DNA of 33,827 nucleotides, taken from the sequence record SRR31156797_764; one strand, written 5' to 3'. The notes beneath the pieces were generated by a model, which was not told the origin of the DNA, ran no database searches, and was given only the letters and a program-made list of their open reading frames with translations. This document shows positions 1 to 9,911 of this stretch, piece after piece (the stretch's first letter is position 1; every line of letters starts with the position of its first letter). A program made the position numbers and the translations under genes.

Positions 1-1
1 A

Positions 2-1354
2 ATTATGGTTTGGCAGGATTTTATGTTTGCCTGCTCCATGTATCCGGGAGATAAAGAGTTTCTAGATAATGTTAGAGCTGAGGCCATTGATAATGCGATA
101 AGATTAAGAAATCATCCTTCAATTGCATTGTGGTGCGGTAATAATGAAATTAATACAGCCTGGCATTACTACGGTAAAGGCGGTTGGGGATGGAAAGATT
201 GGTATACAAAGGATCAGCAGGATTCTATTCAAGAGGCCTATTTAAATGTTTTCCATAAAATACTTCCTGATGTTATTGATGAAAAAATAGTTGGCGTAGA
301 TTATTGGCCTTCTTCGCCTCAAGCCGGTTATGAACCAGATCAACACGCCAGCTATGAAACTACTTCAGGAGATATGCATTATTGGGGTGTTTGGCATGGT
401 CTTCATGCTTTCGAAGACTTTGATAAGTATAAATCGCGCTTTATGAGCGAGTATGGATTTCAATCCTTTCCGGAATTAGCCACCGTAAAAACTTACGCCA
501 AAGAAGAAGATTTTAATATTGAATCTGATGTAATGGCTGCTCACCAACGAAGTGGAATTGGAAATCTTCGTATTAAGGAATATTTGAGTTGGTATTATCA
601 TGTGCCAGAAGACTTCGAGCAATTCTTATATATGAGTCAGGTATTGCAGGCGCATGGAATTAGAATGGCGATCGAAGCACATCGCAGAGCCATGCCATAT
701 TGTATGGGATCTTTATATTGGCAAATTAATGATTGTTGGCCGGTGGCAAGTTGGAGTAGTACAGATTATTACCATAATTGGAAAGCGGTGCATTATGCTG
801 TAAAAAAAGCATACGAACCGGTTTTAATTAGTACTGTGAATAACGAAGAACATGTTCAAATATTTATTGTTTCTGACAAACTGAAAGACATTGAAACTGA
901 TTTAGAGATTGAGGTTATGGATTTTAAAGGGAACAGACTTTTTTCTGAAACAAGATCTGCAAAAATTAAAGCAAATACGAGTACAAGAATAGAGGATTTC
1001 ATTTTCAACAAACAAACCTTAGATACTCAGTCTTGCTTCATGCTTTTAAAGCTGCGTGATAATAATAAAGTTTTGAGCAGTAAGATCCATTATTTCGATA
1101 AACCTAAAAATCTAAAATTAATTAAACCGGAAATTAATATTGAAAGAATTGAATCTGCTGGAAAAAGCTTAATTAAAGTTAAATCAAATGTTCTCGTTCC
1201 TGGCTTGTATATTTATAGCGATGATGGAATTTTATCATTAGATGAAAATTACTTTGACTTACTTCCAAATTCTGAAAAAATAATTGGCCTTAGTGTATTA
1301 GGCAAAATAATAGGTGATTATGAAATAAAATATCGTCATTTACTTTCTAAATAA
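2..1354 (+). CDS. GH2 beta-mannosidase, C-terminal part (5' end lies before the window)
   Basis: Frame open from the window edge (IMVWQDFMFAC). Motifs RLRNHPSIALWCGNNE (acid/base Glu), GDMHYWGVWHG, FMSEYGFQSFP (nucleophile Glu) and GSLYWQINDCWPVASWSSTDY are typical of GH2 beta-mannosidases; beta-rich C-terminal domains follow. Confidence 0.93.
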   Translation: MMVWQDFMFACSMYPGDKEFLDNVRAEAIDNAIRLRNHPSIALWCGNNEINTAWHYYGKGGWGWKDWYTKDQQDSIQEAYLNVFHKILPDVIDEKIVGVDYWPSSPQAGYEPDQHASYETTSGDMHYWGVWHGLHAFEDFDKYKSRFMSEYGFQSFPELATVKTYAKEEDFNIESDVMAAHQRSGIGNLRIKEYLSWYYHVPEDFEQFLYMSQVLQAHGIRMAIEAHRRAMPYCMGSLYWQINDCWPVASWSSTDYYHNWKAVHYAVKKAYEPVLISTVNNEEHVQIFIVSDKLKDIETDLEIEVMDFKGNRLFSETRSAKIKANTSTRIEDFIFNKQTLDTQSCFMLLKLRDNNKVLSSKIHYFDKPKNLKLIKPEINIERIESAGKSLIKVKSNVLVPGLYIYSDDGILSLDENYFDLLPNSEKIIGLSVLGKIIGDYEIKYRHLLSK

Positions 1355-1527
1355 TTCTGTGATTTGTGTGTGAAATACACTATCTTTTATATGATATTAT
1401 AAAATAGTATTAAAAAATGACAAAATAATACTTGAACAAACATGAAATATTGTACAATTTTGTTAAAAATAGTTAGTGTATCAACTACAATAAGTTGATT
1501 GAAACCAATTATCTAAATCAAATTTAT

Positions 1528-4500
1528 ATGAATAAGAATCTGCGATTACTCGGTTTGATTGTTATGTTTTTGTCGTTTCATACCCTTTATGGCCAAAACA
1601 AAACAATTACCGGTACAGTTAAGGATGACATGAATGACCCACTACCGGGCGTGTCAATCCTGATTGAAGGTACAACGCAAGGAACCATCTCAGATGTGGA
1701 TGGTAATTTTAGCCTGCAAGTACCGGAAGGTAAAGTTATTTTGGTGTTTTCTTTTGTTGGGTTTGAAGAGCAAAAGATAGATGTAAGTAATCTTACTACC
1801 ATTAATGTAAAAATGATAACCGATTCAGAAGGGCTTGATGAGGTTGTTGTTGTGGGTTATGGTTCTGCCAAAAAAACAAACCTGACTACTGCACAGGTGG
1901 GTGTTACAACTGAACAAATGGAAAAAACTGTCAATACCACGATGGAACAAGCTATTCAAGGTAGGGCAGCAGGTGTTTATGTAACTCAAAACACTGGACA
2001 GCCAGGAGGAGGTATGTCTATGATTATTAGGGGAGTTAGTACCATAAATGGATCAACAGAACCGTTGTATGTTATTGATGGTCTTCAGGTTGGAGGAAGT
2101 TCTATTACCGAAGGTAATACCAGTTCTAGCAACCCATTGGCAGGTATAAATCCTGCAGATATTGAAGATATTCAAATCCTTCAAGGCCCTTCAGCAACAG
2201 CTGTTTACGGATCTCGAGCAACGAATGGTGTTGTTTTAATAACAACAAAACGTGGTAAAAAAGGCGATGCTGATATTGCTTATAATTTCTCTTACTCTGT
2301 TCAAACAACTCCTGATCATTTGGATGTTATGAATTTGAGAGAGTATGCAAAAATGGTGAATGAAGTTCGTGAAATTGTAGGAGGCGAAGTGCCGGAGCAG
2401 TTTCTTGATCCGTCAATTTTAGGCGAAGGTACCAATTGGCAAAGTGAGCTGTTTAAGAATGCACCTATGCAAAAGCATCAGTTAAGTGTTAGTGGAGCAG
2501 GTGATGTTTCTACCTATTATGTATCAGGAGAGTATCTTGATCAGGAGGGTGTAGCTACCGGATCAGAATTTAAACGATATAACTTTAGAGTAAATACATC
2601 TCAGGAACCAAGAAAGTGGTTACGAATGAGAGAAACTGCAAATTTTAGACAAATTAAAGAATATTTATCAACCACTTCAGAGGGTGTTATTAGTAATGCT
2701 TTACAGAACACACCAGAGATGCCAGTTCGTAATGTAGATGGTTCTTGGGGAGGATTTGAGAGTAGTGATGGAGCCAATGAATTTTCACCCATTAACCCAA
2801 TTGCTATAGCTAATTTAAGAACTAACGAAAGCGTACGAAGGGAATTAAATGGAGGTGTTAATATAGAGGCTGATATTATTAAAGGTTTAGTTTTTAGAAC
2901 TTCATTAAATGGTAGTTATAATACGAATAATTCAATTTATTTTAATCCGAAAATGAAGATTGGTTGGTATGTTCAAGACAGAGCAACCTTCTCTGATTTT
3001 ACAGGAGTTAGTACTTTTTATAGTTGGGAACAACAATTAAGTTATAATAAAAAGTTTGGAAACCATAATGTTGATGCAACAGCTTTACACGAGAGTAAAG
3101 AAGGTACCTGGAAACAAAACACCGGTTATCGCGATGGATTTCTTACGAATGATATTTTAGACTTAAATGCAGGTGATGAAAGCTCTTCAGTAGCTAGTGG
3201 AGGAAGTAATTCCTGGTCGATGGAATCGTATATGTTTCGATTGAATTACAACTACAACGAAAAGTATCTTGTTCAGGGGTCAATTCGTGGAGATGGCTCT
3301 TCTAATTTTGGTGCCAACAACCGATGGGGCTACTTCCCCGCAGGTTCAGTAGCCTGGAGAGTTAGTAAAGAGGACTGGTTTAATGTATCGTTCATGAACG
3401 AACTGAAAGTGCGCTTTGAAAGTGGTATAACAGGTAACTCTGGATGGAGTGCAGGAATTTATTCTCCTTTATCCACTACACCTACAGAATGGGGAACAGG
3501 ATTTGCTCCAAATAAAATATCGAATCCAGACTTACAATGGGAAGAAACATTAACCAACAATTTAGGTATTAATATTCATTTGTTTGAGAATCGTATCCAG
3601 ATTGAAGGAGACATCTATGAAAAATCGACCAATAATTTAATTTTTGATGCCAGTTTGCCTGGTTTTTTAGGAGGTTCAGGTACAGGAGGAGCAGGAGCTC
3701 CAACCGTAAACTCGGGTAAAATAAGTAATAGAGGTTGGTCTTTTAGTATTATCTCAACAAACATTCAGACAACAGATTTTCGATGGGATATGAACTTTAA
3801 TATATCTGGAGTAAATACAAAGGTGAAAAGTTTAAATAGTGAACTAGGATTTATCGATCGTACTTCGTGGTGGATGAGTAACTGGACTCAACGAACTGCA
3901 GTTGGAGAAGCTCCCTGGATGTTTATGGGATATGAGTACGATGGAATCTTTCAATCTGAATCTGAAATATATGATAGTGCCATACCAACCGATGCAGATG
4001 GAAATCGGCTGACAGTTAGTGAAGATGATGTTTGGGTGGGTGATATTAAGTATAAAAACATTTCGGGTGAAGATGGTGCCGAAGGTGTTATCGATGTAAA
4101 TGACCGTACAATGATTGGTAATCCATGGCCTAAATTCTTTGGTGGTTTTACAAACAATTTTAGTTATAAGGATTTTGATTTAAGTGTTTTATTAACATTT
4201 AACTATGGTAATGATGTGTATAATTATATGAGGATGATTAATTCAAATCCATCGCAAATATATGTTGGTAGAAACTTAATGGTTGATGGAGCAAATTATG
4301 CAAAGCTTGCTACAGATGAAAATGGGACTACTTACATTGTTAATTCTGGTGCTGATTTACCTCGTATTGATGTAGATGGTCCTAATGGTAACTGGTCGCG
4401 TTTTTCAAGCAGATGGGTCGAAGATGGTTCTTTTATAAAACTGAAGAATGTTACTTTAGGATATAACATACCTCAAGCATTATTAAGGAGAACTAATTTT

Positions 4501-4689
4501 GTTAAGAATATGCGAGTGGCTGTTAGCGCTCAAAATTTATACACTTTAACAAAATATAAAGGTTACGATCCTGAAGTTGGATCTTATGTGGGAAGCAATG
4601 CATCAAGTGCCAACCAGGCTATTGGCATTGATACAGGACGCTATCCATTAACTCCAACTTATACATTTAATTTAGTGGTTAACTTTTAA
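1528..4689 (+). CDS. susC: SusC/RagA family TonB-dependent outer-membrane transporter
   Basis: Signal peptide ending YG|Q; N-terminal ITGTVKD..PLPGVSILIEGTTQGTISDVDGNF domain; LDEVVVVGYG; plug INPADIEDIQILQGPSATAVYGSRATNGVVLITTKRG; NPDLQWEET; C-terminal Phe. ATG at 1528 preferred over the TTG at 1495. Confidence 0.97.
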   Translation: MNKNLRLLGLIVMFLSFHTLYGQNKTITGTVKDDMNDPLPGVSILIEGTTQGTISDVDGNFSLQVPEGKVILVFSFVGFEEQKIDVSNLTTINVKMITDSEGLDEVVVVGYGSAKKTNLTTAQVGVTTEQMEKTVNTTMEQAIQGRAAGVYVTQNTGQPGGGMSMIIRGVSTINGSTEPLYVIDGLQVGGSSITEGNTSSSNPLAGINPADIEDIQILQGPSATAVYGSRATNGVVLITTKRGKKGDADIAYNFSYSVQTTPDHLDVMNLREYAKMVNEVREIVGGEVPEQFLDPSILGEGTNWQSELFKNAPMQKHQLSVSGAGDVSTYYVSGEYLDQEGVATGSEFKRYNFRVNTSQEPRKWLRMRETANFRQIKEYLSTTSEGVISNALQNTPEMPVRNVDGSWGGFESSDGANEFSPINPIAIANLRTNESVRRELNGGVNIEADIIKGLVFRTSLNGSYNTNNSIYFNPKMKIGWYVQDRATFSDFTGVSTFYSWEQQLSYNKKFGNHNVDATALHESKEGTWKQNTGYRDGFLTNDILDLNAGDESSSVASGGSNSWSMESYMFRLNYNYNEKYLVQGSIRGDGSSNFGANNRWGYFPAGSVAWRVSKEDWFNVSFMNELKVRFESGITGNSGWSAGIYSPLSTTPTEWGTGFAPNKISNPDLQWEETLTNNLGINIHLFENRIQIEGDIYEKSTNNLIFDASLPGFLGGSGTGGAGAPTVNSGKISNRGWSFSIISTNIQTTDFRWDMNFNISGVNTKVKSLNSELGFIDRTSWWMSNWTQRTAVGEAPWMFMGYEYDGIFQSESEIYDSAIPTDADGNRLTVSEDDVWVGDIKYKNISGEDGAEGVIDVNDRTMIGNPWPKFFGGFTNNFSYKDFDLSVLLTFNYGNDVYNYMRMINSNPSQIYVGRNLMVDGANYAKLATDENGTTYIVNSGADLPRIDVDGPNGNWSRFSSRWVEDGSFIKLKNVTLGYNIPQALLRRTNFVKNMRVAVSAQNLYTLTKYKGYDPEVGSYVGSNASSANQAIGIDTGRYPLTPTYTFNLVVNF

Positions 4690-4698
4690 TAATCAGAC

Positions 4699-6438
4699 AT
4701 GATGAAGATATTAAAATATAGTTGGCTATTTAGCCTTATCGCAACACTAATTCTAAGTAGTTGTTCTGAAGAATTTTTGATTAAGCCGCCGGAGGATGCG
4801 TTGACCGATGCTGATTTTTATAAAACAGATGCGGAGGTCTTGGCTGCTACAGCGCCATTATATAGTACTATGTGGTTTGACTATAATGATAAAGCATCAT
4901 ATAGTATAGGTGATCTTAGAAGTGGTGTTATGATGGATCCATATAATGATCGTGAATTTGGAGCATTCAATGCCAATGGAGATAATACAACTGTAATTGC
5001 AGCGTGGAATTCATTTTTTACTGTAATTCAGCAGGCAAACATAGCTATTAAGAATATAAACACTTACGCCACTTCAGATGTGTCGGACGAAGTAAAAAAG
5101 ATGACGATTGCAGAGGCTCGATTTATGAGAGCTTGTGCCTATCGTAATTTGGTTTTAGCATGGGGTGCAGTTCCTATTATTGAAGATAATTTAGCCTTAA
5201 TAAATTCTTCAGATATTCGTAGAAACACCGTTTCTAGTATTTGGAAATTCTTAACTACAGAGATGACTGAAATTATTGCTGATTTACCTGAAGAACCTTA
5301 TGCAGAAGGTCGTATTACAAAATATTCGGCCGAAGGTATGCTAGCTCGTTTTTACCTGTCTAGAGCAGGTGTTGAATCAAGTGGCGGTGTGCGTAATCAG
5401 GAATTTTTGGAGATGGCAAAGTCTCATGCACAAAACGTAATTGAAAAAAGTGGGAAAGAGCTTATGGAAGACTATCGTTCATTATTCCTTTATCCATATG
5501 ATAACAACAAAGAATCATTGTTCGAATTGCAGTGGGTATATAGTTCAACCTGGGGTAACAGTAATTCGTTTCCAGCGTACTTGGGTTATAGTTCTGATAT
5601 CATGAATGGAGATGGCTGGGGAGGAAGTAAATCTGCTTCGTTTTGGTTTTTAAGTCAATTTGAAGGTATTAACCCTAAAGGTGGAGATGGAACTACTTTG
5701 GAAGGAGCTACTTTAGATTCTCGCTTATATAGTACTTTTATGTTACCTGGGGCTCATTATCCCGAAATTACACAAGATATAACGTTGGAAGATGGAAGTG
5801 CCAGTACACAAGAATGTATATATCCAAATGCAACAGGTACAACAGAACCCAATAGTGATGGGGTTAGTTTTGCCTGTACAAAAAAATACATTTGTGGTAA
5901 AGATGGTGTTGATATAACAGAAGGTGCTTCATCTCAACGTTACCCCAATAATACTTACATGCTTAGATTGGCTGAAATTTATCTTATTTATGCAGAAGCA
6001 GTGCTAGGAAATAATGAAGTCTCATCAGATGCAACAGCACTGGAATATGTCAATATGATTAGACGTAGAGCCGGTTTGGGTAATCTACCCAATGATGCAG
6101 GTACTGGTGATAAAACATATTTCACCGTTGATGATTTAATGAAAGAACGTATTGTGGAGTTTGGAATGGAAGGCATGTTCATGTACGATTTGAGTAATAT
6201 TTTCTATTATAACAAAGAAAAGGCTTTAAACATTCTGAATAGTCAGGATAGAGGCTTGTTCGCTATATACCCTGATGCATTTCCAAATCCAAATAGTTGG
6301 ACTATTGTAAAAACGTCATGGCATACCGAACGAACAATTGACGCTAACGAGGGTAATTTTTATTTGCCAATCCCTACTGCTGACTTAGGAAGTATGCCTA
6401 GCTTAACAGCCGATCCGGTTGACTATTATGTAAATTAG
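4699..6438 (+). CDS. susD: SusD/RagB family glycan-binding lipoprotein
   Basis: Lipobox ILSSC followed by acidic residues; AEARFMRACAYRNLVLAWGAVPI, ESLFELQW, LRLAEIYLIYAEA, VNMIRRRAGL, ERIVEFGMEG, YLPIP; 9 bp after susC. Confidence 0.96.
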   Translation: MMKILKYSWLFSLIATLILSSCSEEFLIKPPEDALTDADFYKTDAEVLAATAPLYSTMWFDYNDKASYSIGDLRSGVMMDPYNDREFGAFNANGDNTTVIAAWNSFFTVIQQANIAIKNINTYATSDVSDEVKKMTIAEARFMRACAYRNLVLAWGAVPIIEDNLALINSSDIRRNTVSSIWKFLTTEMTEIIADLPEEPYAEGRITKYSAEGMLARFYLSRAGVESSGGVRNQEFLEMAKSHAQNVIEKSGKELMEDYRSLFLYPYDNNKESLFELQWVYSSTWGNSNSFPAYLGYSSDIMNGDGWGGSKSASFWFLSQFEGINPKGGDGTTLEGATLDSRLYSTFMLPGAHYPEITQDITLEDGSASTQECIYPNATGTTEPNSDGVSFACTKKYICGKDGVDITEGASSQRYPNNTYMLRLAEIYLIYAEAVLGNNEVSSDATALEYVNMIRRRAGLGNLPNDAGTGDKTYFTVDDLMKERIVEFGMEGMFMYDLSNIFYYNKEKALNILNSQDRGLFAIYPDAFPNPNSWTIVKTSWHTERTIDANEGNFYLPIPTADLGSMPSLTADPVDYYVN

Positions 6439-6476
6439 CAGCAGTGAATAATTGATTCAAATCTAAAAATGTTAAA

Positions 6477-7604
6477 ATGAAAAGTAAATTTAGATATATA
6501 CATGTTATTCTTATAGCATTTACAATCATGTTTCTGTATAATGCTTGTAGTGAGGAAGATTCTGTCGGAACTCCCAGGATAGATTATATTCGTGTTACTA
6601 AAGCGGAAGCTTCAGATTCTTTAATAGTAAGTGCAGGGCAAGGACAACTAATTGCTATTATTGGTGAAAATCTGGGTAAAGCAAAAGGAATTACATTTAA
6701 TGAAATTCCAGCTGCTTTAACTACTACTTATATTACCAATAAATCAATTTTGGTACGTGTGCCAGTTGATATACCAACAGAGTTAACAAATGAACTTGTG
6801 ATTTATTTTGAAGACAATCAGACTTTAACGCATGAATTTACTGTAGCTATCAATAAACCAAGCGTTAAAAGTATGTTATGCGAGTTCGTTAATGATGGAG
6901 AGATCGCCACCATTAGAGGTGAATATTTTTATGAACCTTTAGTGGTAACTTTTCCCGGAGAATTAGAAGCTGAAATTATTTCTGTAGAAGATCAAACCAT
7001 CACTGTAGAAGTGCCGGATGGAGCACTATCAGGTCAGATATTGGTGAAATCAAATTATGGTACTGGAAGATCAGAATTTATGTTCCGTGATAGTAGAAAT
7101 ATTGTTGTGAGCAGTGATCCTGTTTATGGATGGGTTGATAGGAGTGTATCAAACCCGGGAGTTGATGATCCTGAAGAGATCAATGGTAGTTATATAAGAG
7201 TAACAGAACAAGTTGGAGCTTGGGGGTGGATTGATATTGCAGCTTCAAATAAGCACGAAATGGGAAATATTCCTGATGAAGCAGTTTTAAATCCAGAACT
7301 GTATAGTTTAAAATTTGAAGTAAATACAGTTAAACCATATAATGGTAGTGGAGTCCGGATTATTATTGGTTTAACAGATCTTGACCATGGTGCTTATATG
7401 TGGAATCCTCCATATGATACAGAAGGAAATTGGCAGACGGTTACTATTCCATTTAATGAGGTTGTTGACGAATATGTCGCTGGCGGATCTACAATGGAAC
7501 TTAGCAATGATGGCTACTGTACCCGGATTACTATCTTCGGATCTTCTCCATTAGATTGCGATATATGTTTTGATAATTTTAGGGTTGTGCCTAATAAATA
7601 TTAA
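6477..7604 (+). CDS. Surface glycan-binding lipoprotein (about two IPT/TIG domains plus C-terminal carbohydrate-binding beta-sandwich)
   Basis: Lipobox YNAC-SEED; IAIIGENL..ILVRVP and ATIRGEYF..ITVEVP IPT repeats; C-terminal LKFEVNT..WQTVTIPF..FDNFRVVP; SusE position downstream of susD. Confidence 0.85.
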   Translation: MKSKFRYIHVILIAFTIMFLYNACSEEDSVGTPRIDYIRVTKAEASDSLIVSAGQGQLIAIIGENLGKAKGITFNEIPAALTTTYITNKSILVRVPVDIPTELTNELVIYFEDNQTLTHEFTVAINKPSVKSMLCEFVNDGEIATIRGEYFYEPLVVTFPGELEAEIISVEDQTITVEVPDGALSGQILVKSNYGTGRSEFMFRDSRNIVVSSDPVYGWVDRSVSNPGVDDPEEINGSYIRVTEQVGAWGWIDIAASNKHEMGNIPDEAVLNPELYSLKFEVNTVKPYNGSGVRIIIGLTDLDHGAYMWNPPYDTEGNWQTVTIPFNEVVDEYVAGGSTMELSNDGYCTRITIFGSSPLDCDICFDNFRVVPNKY

Positions 7605-7618
7605 GTAATCAATCAATC

Positions 7619-9793
7619 ATGTTTACTATGAAAGTATTTAATATAAATAAAAACATATCATCATTCATGTTATTGGCCGTATTGTGCCTTATCGGCTTAG
7701 GTTCGTTTTTTACTGCCTGCAACGATGATGATGATGATACTATAACAGAAGTAAAACTACTAAGCTATGGGCCAATGCCTATAGCTCGAGGAGCAGAGTT
7801 GCGTTTTATCGGAACAAACTTGCAAAAAGTAAATAGTATTCTTATACCGGATGGTATTGAGATAACTAAAGATAATTTTGAAGAGCAAACTCCTACAGGA
7901 ATAAAGGTGATTGTACCTCAAGAAGCGATCGAAGGGTATGTTCAGTTAGTAACAGACGAGGAAACTATAACTACAAAAACAGCCTTAGGTTTTGATGAAC
8001 CCATTCTGATTGAGTCATTTTCACCTACAAACATTAAACCAGGGTCAGTAATTACGATTCAAGGTGATTATTTAAACTTAGTTGGAGAGGTGATTTTTAA
8101 TGAGCGTGCAGGCGTAGATAGTTCTGAGTTTATAACAAAATCAAGAAAGCAAATAACTCTGGTTGTACCTGTCGAAGCTCAATCAGGCAAATTTAGTATT
8201 TCTAATTCAGCAGAAGATCCAATTATAATTACCACAGAATCTGAATTGCAGGTGGTTATTCCAACTTTAACAAGCATTGGTTCAAATCCAATTAAGCCAG
8301 GAACAACATTAGCTATAGCTGGAACATCTTTAGATTTAGTTACAAGTATATCTTTTGGAGGAGAGGTAAAAGTTACTGAGTTTACAGGAGAAAATGGCAC
8401 CTCGATTCAATTAACAGTGCCAATGAATGCACAAGATGGTAAAGTCAATTTAAATTTGGCATCTGGTTTGGTTGTTAGTTCTGATGAAGATTTAGTAATG
8501 GTTGTTCCTACAGTTTCTATTTCTCCTACCTCAATAAAAAATGGTGCATCATTAAGTGTAACAGGTGAAAATCTGGATTTAATTAGTAATGTAACTTTTG
8601 GTGGAGGAGTAGATGGAGTTATTCAAGATGGTGGATCAAGTACAGCGATTTCAGTTACAGTGCCTGATGCTGCAATTACCGGAGAGGTAGTGTTTACAAC
8701 AACCTCAGCAAAAACTGTTTCAGGAGGTGAGTTGTCAATTGTAACTCCAACAGTATCTTCATTTAATCCAATTTCAGCAAAACCTAACTCAGATGTGGTT
8801 TTTTCCGGAACGGATTTAGATGTAGTTTCAAAAGTTGTTTTTAGTGGTAATATTGAAGGTAATATCGTAAATCAATCAGAAACAGAGATAACTGTAACTG
8901 TTCCTGTTGGAGCAGAAACGGGTTATATAATGTTGGTGGCTATCAATGGAGTTGAGATTTATTCGCCAAGTGAGTTAGAGGTGCTACAGAACCTTCCTGA
9001 CTTTACTTCTTATAGTGAAGGAAGAGCTGAGCCAGGTAAAATTCTTACGTTGAACGGAACGAAAATGGATTTAATTAAAGAACTCATTTTTCCTGAAGGT
9101 ATAACGGCAACAGCTTATGGCTTAAAATCAGATACACAGATAGAGGTATATGTTCCAGAAGGTGTGACATCAGGTTATGGTACAATTAAACTGATTACCT
9201 ACGAAGGTGAAGAAGGTTTATTACCAGAGGTTTATTTTGGCTCTACAGATCCTGTCGTTAATGAAAGTTACGTGTTCTTTGATTTTAATAATACAGGAGC
9301 CAAGGATTCCTGGTGGGGTAATGCTATAGGAAGTGGTATTTTAGATGATCCGGATAATTCAGTGGATGGTAGTTCGTTCTGGAATATAGATGGTATGAGT
9401 GGAACCGGATGGTGGGACGGCCTGTTCTTTAGAAACGGGAGCAATAACTTTGTTACCGATGGACTAGATGCAACTACTGATGTATATAAATTTGATGTTA
9501 ATGTTCGAGAAGCGATCTACGAGGGATCAATGAGGTTCCGTTTAGGTAACGCATCGAATGATGGAGGAGATGGATATTGGTATTCATGGGCTCCATGGAA
9601 TGGATTATCAGATGGTTATAAAACGGAAGGATGGGTCACTGTTGAAATTCCATTATCAGAGTTTAAAGATGCTAGTGGTAATTCAATCCCTGATGCAGCC
9701 TTAGGTGGATCCGAATTTGGATGGATATGGTCTTGGGGCACATCTATTAAAATAAATATGGGAATCGATAATATTCGATTTGAAAAGAAGTAA
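7619..9793 (+). CDS. Surface glycan-binding lipoprotein with about six IPT/TIG repeats and a Trp-rich C-terminal binding domain
   Basis: Lipobox FTAC-NDDDDD; six ~80-aa repeats (GTNL, GDYL, GTSL, GENL, GTDL, GTKM, each followed by I.V.VP..A..G); C-terminal WWG, WWDG, WVTVEIPLSEF, IDNIRF. Start could be 7628. Confidence 0.85.
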   Translation: MFTMKVFNINKNISSFMLLAVLCLIGLGSFFTACNDDDDDTITEVKLLSYGPMPIARGAELRFIGTNLQKVNSILIPDGIEITKDNFEEQTPTGIKVIVPQEAIEGYVQLVTDEETITTKTALGFDEPILIESFSPTNIKPGSVITIQGDYLNLVGEVIFNERAGVDSSEFITKSRKQITLVVPVEAQSGKFSISNSAEDPIIITTESELQVVIPTLTSIGSNPIKPGTTLAIAGTSLDLVTSISFGGEVKVTEFTGENGTSIQLTVPMNAQDGKVNLNLASGLVVSSDEDLVMVVPTVSISPTSIKNGASLSVTGENLDLISNVTFGGGVDGVIQDGGSSTAISVTVPDAAITGEVVFTTTSAKTVSGGELSIVTPTVSSFNPISAKPNSDVVFSGTDLDVVSKVVFSGNIEGNIVNQSETEITVTVPVGAETGYIMLVAINGVEIYSPSELEVLQNLPDFTSYSEGRAEPGKILTLNGTKMDLIKELIFPEGITATAYGLKSDTQIEVYVPEGVTSGYGTIKLITYEGEEGLLPEVYFGSTDPVVNESYVFFDFNNTGAKDSWWGNAIGSGILDDPDNSVDGSSFWNIDGMSGTGWWDGLFFRNGSNNFVTDGLDATTDVYKFDVNVREAIYEGSMRFRLGNASNDGGDGYWYSWAPWNGLSDGYKTEGWVTVEIPLSEFKDASGNSIPDAALGGSEFGWIWSWGTSIKINMGIDNIRFEKK

Positions 9794-9812
9794 ACTAGAA
9801 GCAATTAATTTT

Positions 9813-9846
9813 ATAAAGGTTGTTTCATAGAAACAACCTTTATTTT
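9813..9846 (+). terminator. Intrinsic terminator after the susC-susD-SGBP block
   Basis: Perfect 14-bp inverted repeat ATAAAGGTTGTTTC-ATA-GAAACAACCTTTAT followed by T-rich sequence, 19 bp after the stop at 9793. Confidence 0.85.
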
Positions 9847-9911
9847 CTTCTTAACGGTTAAGAATATTCGAATTATTAAGCAAAGAACATCAACGATCAT
9901 AAAACTTTCGC

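Noticed and set aside
1449-1499. Short palindromes upstream of susC (ATTGTACAAT at 1449-1458; ATCAACT-N6-AGTTGAT at 1480-1499)
   Set aside because: Could be regulatory, but short, AT-rich, not repeated elsewhere in the locus, and no regulator is visible to link them to.
7724-7738. (GAT)5 microsatellite
   Set aside because: Encodes the acidic DDDDD patch after the lipoprotein Cys, a normal Bacteroidota surface-export signal.
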